60,258 nucleotides of DNA from NCBI GenBank assembly GCA_037444505.1, contig JBBIMH010000021.1, positions 1-60,258 of the forward strand. The letters are read 5' to 3'. Source of the stretch: Nitrospirota bacterium (lineage in GTDB: Bacteria > Nitrospirota > UBA9217). This document shows positions 8,497 to 16,143 of this stretch, piece by piece. Below the pieces are notes generated by a model. That model was not told where the DNA came from. It saw nothing but the letters and a program-made list of their open reading frames with translations, and did no database searches. Positions within the stretch are counted from its first letter, which is position 1. Every line of letters starts with the position of its first letter. Both the position numbers and the translations under genes were made by a program.

Positions 8497-10026
8497 TCAA
8501 ACATGCAACAAGGAAAACGCCTTCTTGAGGGCCTCCGCCTTCTGTATAGTCTCCAGGTACTCCCTCTCGGGATCCGAGTCGGCGACTATGCCCGCCCCGG
8601 CCTGGACGAACGCCCTGCCGCCCTTCACCACAAATGTTCTGATTATGATGTTGAGATCCATGTCTCCGGAATTGGATATATATCCCAGAGAGCCTGTATA
8701 CGGACCGCGCGCAATAGGTTCGAGCTCGTCTATAATCTCCATGCAGCGCACCTTAGGCACACCCGTGATGGTGCCGCCGGGGAAGAGTGCGCGGATTAGG
8801 TCGAAGGCGTCCCTTCCCTCTGCAAGCTCGCCGCTCACATTGGAGACGATGTGTATGACATGGGAATAGTCTTCCACGACCATGAGCTCGTCCACACTCA
8901 CCGTGCCATACTTGCATACCTTGCCGAGGTCGTTTCTCTCGAGATCCAGCAGCATGATGTGCTCCGCCCTCTCTTTTTCATTTGTAAGAAGCTCCGCCTT
9001 GAGCAGCATGGCCTCGTCGAAATCCATACCCCGCCTGCGCGTGCCCGCAATCGGCCTCGTATCCGCCTTGCCATCCACGAGCCGGACGAGCCTCTCGGGC
9101 GAGGAGCTTACAAGCTTGATGTCTCCAAAATCGACATATGCGGCAAAAGGCGAGGGATTCACCCGGCGAAGGCTGCGATACAGCCTGAGCGCGTCGGCGG
9201 CCCCTATCTCAGCGAAGAATCTCTGCGAGAGATTCGCTTGGTAGATATCGCCTGCTGCGATATATTCCTTGCACCTTTCCACCATGGAGATGAATTGCTC
9301 TTTCTTCATTTCCGGCATGAGCCCGCCTCTCGATGGAAATGCGGCGGCATCATCGGACTCCGCCTTGGAAATACCGTCCACAAGGCGGGAGGCGATCATC
9401 TCTATCCGCGCGGCGGCCTCGTCATACAGCCTCGGCCATTCATCCGCCTGGATGGGACGATAACCCAGTTCTTGGTTGCGGGCCCCGGGATTGATGATGA
9501 CCCACGCGCGTCCTTCAATGTGGTCGAAGGCCACCACGAAATCGACGAATGCGAAATATGCTTCGGGGATATCGAGATCGTCTCGGACCGTGCGAGAGAG
9601 TTTCTCGAAATTGTGCACGAAGTCATATGAAATAAAACCTAGGATGCCGCCTGTGAATGGAGGCAGCCCTTGCATGCGCACTGTACGGTAATTGGACATG
9701 AGCTCCCTGAGCTTGTAAAGGGGCCTCCGCTTCAACGTGACGCGGCTGCCGAATCTGCCCGACGGAGCTGCAGGAAGACTGAGCTCGACTTCGTCTCGCC
9801 GGGACCGGAAAATGAGATACGGGTCTGCGGAAACAAAGGAATATCTCCCTGTGTTTCTGTTTATCCGACAGCTCTCGAGCAGCACAGCGTGGCCGAGGTC
9901 CCTCAGAGAGCCGAGAGCGGACAGGGGCGTGAGCCCTTTCATCTCGAGCTCCAGCGCCACAGGCATGACCCTGCCTTCTCGGGCATGCTCCATGAATACT
10001 TTCTTTGTAGGCAGCAGGATAGGCAT
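8497..10026 (-). CDS. Chorismate-utilising enzyme, anthranilate/aminodeoxychorismate synthase component I family
   Basis: C-terminal chorismate-binding motifs (SPERLV, AGTRRRG, LLTNEKERAEHIMLLDLERNDLG, FPGGTITGVPKVRCMEII, RGPYTGSLGYI, AGAGIVADSDPE). No adjacent component II or other trp genes, so TrpE and PabB cannot be told apart here. Confidence 0.85.
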   Translation of the reverse strand: MPILLPTKKVFMEHAREGRVMPVALELEMKGLTPLSALGSLRDLGHAVLLESCRINRNTGRYSFVSADPYLIFRSRRDEVELSLPAAPSGRFGSRVTLKRRPLYKLRELMSNYRTVRMQGLPPFTGGILGFISYDFVHNFEKLSRTVRDDLDIPEAYFAFVDFVVAFDHIEGRAWVIINPGARNQELGYRPIQADEWPRLYDEAAARIEMIASRLVDGISKAESDDAAAFPSRGGLMPEMKKEQFISMVERCKEYIAAGDIYQANLSQRFFAEIGAADALRLYRSLRRVNPSPFAAYVDFGDIKLVSSSPERLVRLVDGKADTRPIAGTRRRGMDFDEAMLLKAELLTNEKERAEHIMLLDLERNDLGKVCKYGTVSVDELMVVEDYSHVIHIVSNVSGELAEGRDAFDLIRALFPGGTITGVPKVRCMEIIDELEPIARGPYTGSLGYISNSGDMDLNIIIRTFVVKGGRAFVQAGAGIVADSDPEREYLETIQKAEALKKAFSLLHV

Positions 10027-10109
10027 AACAGGTGCGCCATATTAATGGCATTTGCAAAAGCGGTCAAGACAATTCCATGATAAAAATCGGCCCTCGCTTC
10101 AAAAGAATG

Positions 10110-10118
10110 TGGTATAAT
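10110..10118 (+). promoter_or_regulatory. Extended -10 promoter element (TGgTATAAT) facing the structured RNA candidate
   Basis: TGGTATAAT at 10110..10118. There is no good -35, which an extended -10 tolerates. Nothing coding follows it on the + strand for about 600 nt. Confidence 0.3.
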
Positions 10119-10170
10119 ATGGCTGAATGGAGAACAAGGGTAATTGAGCGATCTTTGTAATAAGAGATTC

Positions 10171-10481
10171 GGTAAAGGCGTTGCCGGGTCAACACCAATA
10201 GGTGTAGTATTTTAACCCGTTATCAGGGAACCGATGGCAGCGTAACTTAGGGCATACGAGACAGGCAAGCGGGCTGCAAGTCGAGCGGTCAGGCTCCCTG
10301 TCTGTCAGATGCTGTAAGTACGAAAGAGCCGGAGGTCCCGAAGCCTGGCCGGATGCGGGAAAGATAAAAGTTCGCTTCAAAGGGTCTGCTCGGCGGAGCC
10401 GCAGAAGCTGAGAAACCTTCCTGCAAAGTCCGACAGGCTCAACGGAAAGTTAAAAAACGGTCCGGTGGCAACGCCTTTTTT
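10171..10481 (+). ncRNA. Unclassified structured RNA candidate (about 300 nt)
   Basis: A perfect 12-bp long-range pairing, AAAGGCGTTGCC (10174..10185) with GGCAACGCCTTT (10467..10478), is followed at once by a T6 tract. The enclosed GC-rich segment holds several local hairpins (10192..10205, 10259..10303, 10329..10352, 10386..10404). The only ORF here (10189..10380, minus) looks spurious. Confidence 0.4.
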
Positions 10482-10709
10482 ATTCTTAAAACATCTCAAT
10501 AGACGGGGAGGATCCCGTATGCGCAGCTATCCCGCTGAAACAAATTCTGATTCCTTAATAGTCATTCCTTTTACACAAAAGACTTCATCGAATTCTAAAC
10601 TCTTTACCACCTCCAAGCCTGAAAGCGGCCTGAGCGCGGCTTGACAAAGTCTCTATCCATTTGCTTTAATCCAAGTAATCATACAACCCGCTCTCTAAGG
10701 AGGCTCCAA

Positions 10710-11555
10710 ATGATCAAGCGGCACATATCGAGTACAGTATATTTATTTTTGTTTTTTCTTTCAACCATATTCGCTTACCATGATGCAGCAGCGAAAGACA
10801 AGCTCATAATGGGCGTCCATCCGTACAAGCATGCCACAGAGCTCCATTCCATCTTCAAGTCCGTCGCCGACTACATATCCCAGAAGATCGGCATACCTGT
10901 AGAGCTCCAGTTCTGAAAGACATACGAAGACACAGCCAATAAGCTTGGAGCAGGCAGCTTCGACTTCTGCTTCATCGGCCCGACCATCTACGCCAAGTTT
11001 GCGCATCAGTACAACTACAAACCGCTTGCGCAGATCGTAAACGACGGCAGACCGAGCTTCTATGGAGTCATAGTGGTCAAGAAGGGCAGCGGCATCAAAT
11101 CCCCGAAAGACCTCAAGGGCAAGACCTTCGCCTTCGGAGACAGAAACTCCACCCTCACCCATGTCGTACCGCTCTATATGCTCGTGAATAACGGCATACA
11201 CCTCTCCGATCTATCTAAATATTCTTTCGTTGGCAGCCATAACAATGTGGCACTCAATGTAGCGGTGGGCACATTCAGCGCGGCGGGCCTCATGCCTGAC
11301 ATCGCGGAGAAATATATGTCGCAGGGGCTCGAGGTGATAGCCAAGTCTCCTGACTTGCCGGAGCATGTCTTTGTCGCTGCGCCATCGCTGGACAATGAGA
11401 CCGTAAAAAAGCTCCAGGAGGCCATCCTCTCCATGCCTCCGGATGTGTATAAAAAGATCAAAGGCTCCCTGACAGGCCTTCAAAAATTCAATGATAAGGA
11501 TTTTAATGTGCTCCGGAATATACTCAAGACCGTCGAAAAGGAGCTCGAGAAGTAG
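10710..11555 (+). pseudogene. PhnD-family (phosphonate/phosphite-type) periplasmic substrate-binding protein interrupted by an in-frame TGA at 10914..10916
   Basis: AAGGAGG RBS 6 nt before the ATG at 10710, then a signal peptide (MIKRHISSTVYLFLFFLSTIFAYHDAAA). ORFs 10641..10916 and 11073..11555 share one frame, and the family alignment reads straight across the stop (PVELQF*KTYEDTANKLGAGSFDFCFIGP). Confidence 0.7.
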
Positions 11556-11672
11556 TTGATATCTAAACCATGGTGAGTGGCAGGGGCGCTGGAGAAGCGC
11601 CCCTTTTTTATGCGTACACAGCCGTAAAGGCCCTACCGGGAGAAAGGTCAGGCCAATATACATACAGTCTAA

Positions 11673-13586
11673 CTAAAACCCGGACATGTCTCTAAAATAC
11701 GGATTGTGGACGGCTGCCGCTCTAGCCTCCTTCAGCTTTTTCAGAGCCTTCTTCGCACCCTCGGCCTTTGTCCCTCGCTGCCTGAGTGTCTTCTCTGCGT
11801 TCTCCGCCCTCATCGATACCTCTTTATACCACTCGAGGAATTCCTTATATTTCTTCGGATCCGCCTTTGGAATCGAAAAATCCCCTTCTGTCTTCCATAT
11901 ATCTCCGAGCCTGAGCCAGGGTGCGAAGTCCTCTACCTTGTAACCGGCCATCGGAGTTATCCTGGATATGGCCTCGAGCCCTTCTATCCTGAGCCCCTTT
12001 TTATCAGCGACGATTCTATGCCTGCCCGTGAACGGCTCCGCGCCCTGTGAGTCGAAGAACTCCCATGTCGTCTCCGCAGTCTGTCTCGTAGAGGTATGGC
12101 AGCTCTTGCACTCTCTGGCCTTGCCCAATGGATGGGCTGCCTGATCGAGTTGGAGCCACGCAAGATAGAGGTTGTTCCCCCCAGGGATGCTGAATGTGCC
12201 GAGCAACGCATATGCATCCCTCGTCTCTCCTTTGGGCCAGCGGAAAGTGATGCCGGGCTTCGGCGCCACAGGTTCCTTGATGAAACCCGCGCTGTTCGGC
12301 CATATCTTCATGGGTATCCATATGCCTTGCCGGTCTTTGAGTATGATGGGCGGAGATTGTGCGCCGTAGTAGAGCGAATATTTCTTGAAGGGGCTGGGCC
12401 TGCCCATTATCATGCCGGGGCCCCATGATGTCATCTCATACCCTCCGAGCACGCTGACATGGCATGCCTCGCATGAGACGTTCTTATGAACACTGATTGA
12501 AAGCGCCTCCTCCACCTCGATGTGGCAGTCTTGGCATGTCGCCCTGCGCTCTATGTGGCCCATCCCGGCCTCGCCTGTCTGATGGCAGTCGATGCAGACT
12601 ATACCCTTCGAGACATGCACATCCTCAGGAAGACCTGCGGGCTCCGAGAATTCCTTGCCGAGAAAGCTGTCCCCGCGCCTCCTCTCCATCGTACCTGCAT
12701 GGCAGACGAATGTGCCTCTGCCCCCCCCTGAGCAATTCTCAGGAGGCGGAATGCGGCTCATCGCATGCACTCCGCGCTCAGCAGACGGGGTGTAGTGGCA
12801 GTCCAGGCACCCTGTGTGGCAGACATTACAGATCCTCTGCCGATCCTCTGCCTGGCTTTGTGTAATATTCACATTCATCTGGCGCCTGAGGAGCTCTGTA
12901 TTCGCACTAGAAAACCTGTCGCCTTCCGCATGTCCAGTTGGGGGCGTGTCAGCAAAAGAGGGGCCGCAATTGTTGGGGCCGTGCAGATCCAGCCAGTGGC
13001 GCATGGAGCGCTGCCTGAAATTGGAGCCCATGACACTCTCGGAAAACTGCCTCGCTTCATCAGGATGGCAGGAAGCCTTTCCGCATGTCTTTTTTGCAAT
13101 GGATGGATCAAAGCCATATGTAAGAGGATTCCTGTCGTGATAGAGGATCGTGCCCACGTCATAATTCAGAGAGCCGTCAGAAAGCCTGGGCAGCATCGCC
13201 CATTGTCTGTCGCGGCCAGAGGGCAACAGCCGCCGCACCGCTTGGCCGCGTCTGATCAGGTTGAAGTCATGGTCGAGGACGAGAGGCCTTAGCATGCCTT
13301 TGTGGGCCGTTTCCGGATCGCTCGAGAGGCCGTTTCCGAGGTGGCAGTCCCGGCATTCTGTGTTGGGGTGCCTGGATTCCTTCTGCACCTGCTCGGCCGT
13401 CATGACGAACTGGGGATATCCAAGCCTCTCCATACGTTCTTTGTCCGAATGGCAGGAGACGCACCTGTCGCTCGAATGATAGCCGGAATAGAGCGCTATG
13501 AACAAGATCACCAAAACAAGCTGGAGGATAAGGATAATCATCCCGCGCCGATTGCCGAAAAACCGCCAGATTCCGCCGAGAGCCAT
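11673..13586 (-). CDS. Membrane-anchored multihaem c-type cytochrome (8 CXXCH plus 1 CX4CH)
   Basis: N-terminal hydrophobic anchor (MIILILQLVLVILFIALY). Haem motifs are CVSCH, CRDCH, CGKASCH, CNVCH, CLDCH, CIDCH, CQDCH, CEACH and CKSCH. Confidence 0.85.
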   Translation of the reverse strand: MALGGIWRFFGNRRGMIILILQLVLVILFIALYSGYHSSDRCVSCHSDKERMERLGYPQFVMTAEQVQKESRHPNTECRDCHLGNGLSSDPETAHKGMLRPLVLDHDFNLIRRGQAVRRLLPSGRDRQWAMLPRLSDGSLNYDVGTILYHDRNPLTYGFDPSIAKKTCGKASCHPDEARQFSESVMGSNFRQRSMRHWLDLHGPNNCGPSFADTPPTGHAEGDRFSSANTELLRRQMNVNITQSQAEDRQRICNVCHTGCLDCHYTPSAERGVHAMSRIPPPENCSGGGRGTFVCHAGTMERRRGDSFLGKEFSEPAGLPEDVHVSKGIVCIDCHQTGEAGMGHIERRATCQDCHIEVEEALSISVHKNVSCEACHVSVLGGYEMTSWGPGMIMGRPSPFKKYSLYYGAQSPPIILKDRQGIWIPMKIWPNSAGFIKEPVAPKPGITFRWPKGETRDAYALLGTFSIPGGNNLYLAWLQLDQAAHPLGKARECKSCHTSTRQTAETTWEFFDSQGAEPFTGRHRIVADKKGLRIEGLEAISRITPMAGYKVEDFAPWLRLGDIWKTEGDFSIPKADPKKYKEFLEWYKEVSMRAENAEKTLRQRGTKAEGAKKALKKLKEARAAAVHNPYFRDMSGF

Positions 13587-13914
13587 GATTGGTCAAGATT
13601 ACCACAAGCAGGCGAACAAGACAATTTAAAAAATACGATCTGTCAACCCAGAATAGAAATGTCTTGTCTTTAACAAAAATGGAGGTGTCCGGTTTTTAAA
13701 GGGATGGAGTGGAACGCAGGTCGGAGCCAGCAGATTCCGAAATGACAGCGCTCACAACCGTCCAGTCTGTTCTTTTGCAATTCAAAGCGTCGAATAGGAA
13801 ACTGGAATCCCGGAAAATTTCCATGCACTCGGCGTGCTTGGCGTAACACTTCGACATTACTTTCTTCTTGACAGGGAATAGGTTATATGAAATATTATTC
13901 GACAGGAGGCTGTT

Positions 13915-14466
13915 ATGATACAGACTGCTCCTGTCAAGAAAAAATATACCTACGCGGACTATCTCAAGACCCCGGATGATAAGCGGTACGAGCTCATAGA
14001 AGGAGAACTATACATGACCCCTTCCCCGAAGACCGATCATCAGAGGATTTTCCGGAAACTTGAGGTAAGAATGGCGCATTTTGTTGAGAAAAACGAGCTT
14101 GGCGAGGTTTTTTTCGCGCCTTACGATGTGTATTTCGATAAAGAGAACGTAGTACAGCCCGCCATCCTGTTCGTGTCAAAGGAAAGACTGGATATCATCA
14201 CAGAAGATAATATAAAAGGCGCACCCGACCTCATCGTGGAGATACTATCCGAGAGTACCGCATACCGAGACACCATTCAAAAAAAGATGCTGTATGCGCG
14301 GTTTGGAGTGAAGGAGTACTGGATCGTGGCGCCGAAGGAAGCCATGATTGAAGTCTATACGTTAAAAAATAAAGAGTATGCCTTGGCCGGCACGTATTTT
14401 AAGGAGGACACCCTCGTGTCCCGGACGCTCGCCGGGTTTAAGGTGGAGTTCAAAGAAATCTTCTGA
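13915..14466 (+). CDS. Uma2-family (DUF820) putative endonuclease
   Basis: Typical Uma2 N-terminus (YTYADYLKTPDDKRYELIEGELYMTPSP) and PD-(D/E)xK-like core (APDLIVEILSEST). GGAGG RBS upstream. Confidence 0.85.
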   Translation: MIQTAPVKKKYTYADYLKTPDDKRYELIEGELYMTPSPKTDHQRIFRKLEVRMAHFVEKNELGEVFFAPYDVYFDKENVVQPAILFVSKERLDIITEDNIKGAPDLIVEILSESTAYRDTIQKKMLYARFGVKEYWIVAPKEAMIEVYTLKNKEYALAGTYFKEDTLVSRTLAGFKVEFKEIF

Positions 14467-14681
14467 CCCTGCCTCATTTCTTCCTCATGGATTTATAAAT
14501 TTTCCCTTTCTCGCCGACGTCGCAAGCCCGATTGTCCGAGATAAAAATAAAATAGCACGCAATCCCAAAAAATATACTCTTGCAAAATAGGCCGCCTCAT
14601 TATCAGTCTAACATCTGACTGACGGGTTCGTTGCGAATGATAATGCCAAAATTTTTAATAAAAAAGTATCCTCCGTATGGA

Positions 14682-16049
14682 TCAAAACAACCTCTCCATC
14701 GCCTCTTCGACGGTACGCACGGCCATGAGCTCCATGGCCCTGATCGCAGCGGACTTTTCCATCTTGTCGAGATTGGCAATGGGGAGTATGCATTTGGAAA
14801 AGCCCAACTTTGAGGCGTCCTTGAGCCTTGCCTCCGCCTGGCTCACGGCCCTGACCTCTCCTGCGAGTCCGACCTCGCCCATCACCAGCATATCAGCAGG
14901 GATCGGCCTCTCCCTGAAGCTCGATGCAACAGCAGCGATCACGCCCAAATCCACCGCAGGCTCGTCTATCCTGAGGCCGCCGACTACGTTTACGAACACA
15001 TCCATAGACAGAAGGTGTATGCCCACCCTTTTTTCGAGTACGGCAAGAAGCAGCGAGACCCTGTTGTAGTCCACCCCGATGGTAGTGCGCCTCGGCATAG
15101 CAAGCTTGGAGGGCGCCACAAGGGCCTGGAGCTCCGCAAGGATGGGCCTCGTCCCCTCGATGGATGATACGACCACAGAGCCTGTTGCGTCTTTGGGCCT
15201 CTCGGCGAGGAAAAGCTCTGACGGATTGGCCACCTCTGCAAGGCCGGATTCTTTCATCTCGAAGACGCCGATCTCGTTCGTCGAGCCGAATCGGTTCTTG
15301 ACCGCCCGCAGCACCCTGAATGCATGACCCCTGTCTCCCTCGAAATAGAGCACTGTGTCCACGATGTGCTCGAGCACCCGCGGTCCTGCAATGGCTCCGT
15401 CCTTGGTAACGTGTCCGATGATGAATGTGGGGACGCCGCTCTGCTTGGCATACAGCATCAGCCTGCCGGAGACCTCTCGCACCTGGCCAACGCTCCCGGG
15501 AGCGGACGGGAGCTCGGACGTAAAGAGCGTCTGTATGGAATCCACGACCACGACATGCGGCCTGATCTCTTGCGCAATAGAGAGGATTTCTTCGAGCGCG
15601 GTCTCGGCGAGGATATAGAGATTATCCGCCTTCACACCGAGCCTCTCCGCCCGCATCTTTATCTGGGACGGGGATTCCTCTCCGGACACGTAGAGGGACT
15701 TTCCTCGAAGACTCGAGACCTGACGGAGCATCTGGAGGACGAGGGTAGACTTGCCTATGCCTGGATCGCCGCCTATCAGCACCACCGAGCCTGATACGAT
15801 GCCCCCGCCCAGCACCCGGTCGAGCTCTGCAATACCTGTTGCAAACCTGTCTTCAGTCGCGGTTCTGATGTCACCAAGAAGTATCGGACCGCTCGTCCCT
15901 GCCATGCCCGGCCTGGACCCGGTCCTCTCCATGCGCTCCTCGACCATGGTGTTCCACTGGCCGCAGTCAGGACATCTGCCCATCCAGCGGGGGGTCTGCG
16001 TGCCGCAGGACTGGCATACATATACGGTCTTCGTCTTCTGGGGTTTCAT
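14682..16049 (-). CDS. radA: DNA repair protein RadA/Sms
   Basis: N-terminal zinc ribbon (CQSCGTQTPRWMGRCPDCGQWNT), RecA-like P-loop (GGDPGIGKST), KNRFG motif and a Lon-like C-terminal domain. Confidence 0.95.
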   Translation of the reverse strand: MKPQKTKTVYVCQSCGTQTPRWMGRCPDCGQWNTMVEERMERTGSRPGMAGTSGPILLGDIRTATEDRFATGIAELDRVLGGGIVSGSVVLIGGDPGIGKSTLVLQMLRQVSSLRGKSLYVSGEESPSQIKMRAERLGVKADNLYILAETALEEILSIAQEIRPHVVVVDSIQTLFTSELPSAPGSVGQVREVSGRLMLYAKQSGVPTFIIGHVTKDGAIAGPRVLEHIVDTVLYFEGDRGHAFRVLRAVKNRFGSTNEIGVFEMKESGLAEVANPSELFLAERPKDATGSVVVSSIEGTRPILAELQALVAPSKLAMPRRTTIGVDYNRVSLLLAVLEKRVGIHLLSMDVFVNVVGGLRIDEPAVDLGVIAAVASSFRERPIPADMLVMGEVGLAGEVRAVSQAEARLKDASKLGFSKCILPIANLDKMEKSAAIRAMELMAVRTVEEAMERLF

Positions 16050-16143
16050 AGCCGTGGTGCGTGTGGCTGACAGCTTCGCGAGCCGGGACTATTCTATATG
16101 GCAAACAACTGAATTGTCAAACAAATTCCGAACCGCACACTGC

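Noticed and set aside
10171-10481. Whether the structured RNA candidate is RNase P RNA, tmRNA, SRP RNA or 6S RNA.
   Set aside because: - RNase P: no GAGGAAAGUCC / ACAGAAnCCGGCUUA P4 pair. A GCAAAGUCCGAC string is present but at the wrong (3') end.
- tmRNA: no T-arm GGUUCGAAUCC or CCA acceptor end.
- SRP: no GGUCC-GNRA-GGAAGCAGC helix 8.
- 6S: the candidate is about 100 nt too long.
It is therefore left unclassified.
10914-10980. Selenocysteine insertion at the in-frame TGA of the PhnD-like gene.
   Set aside because: The only reasonable hairpin (GCAGGCAG...CUUCUGC, from 10950) starts about 34 nt after the UGA, further than bacterial SECIS elements usually sit. Periplasmic binding proteins are not known selenoproteins. 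It is kept only as a low-probability alternative in the finding.
13915-14466. The Uma2 (DUF820) nuclease as part of a restriction or defence island.
   Set aside because: It is a single gene with its own promoter, between a cytochrome gene and radA. There is no methylase, ATPase or toxin partner. Uma2 genes are commonly scattered singletons.
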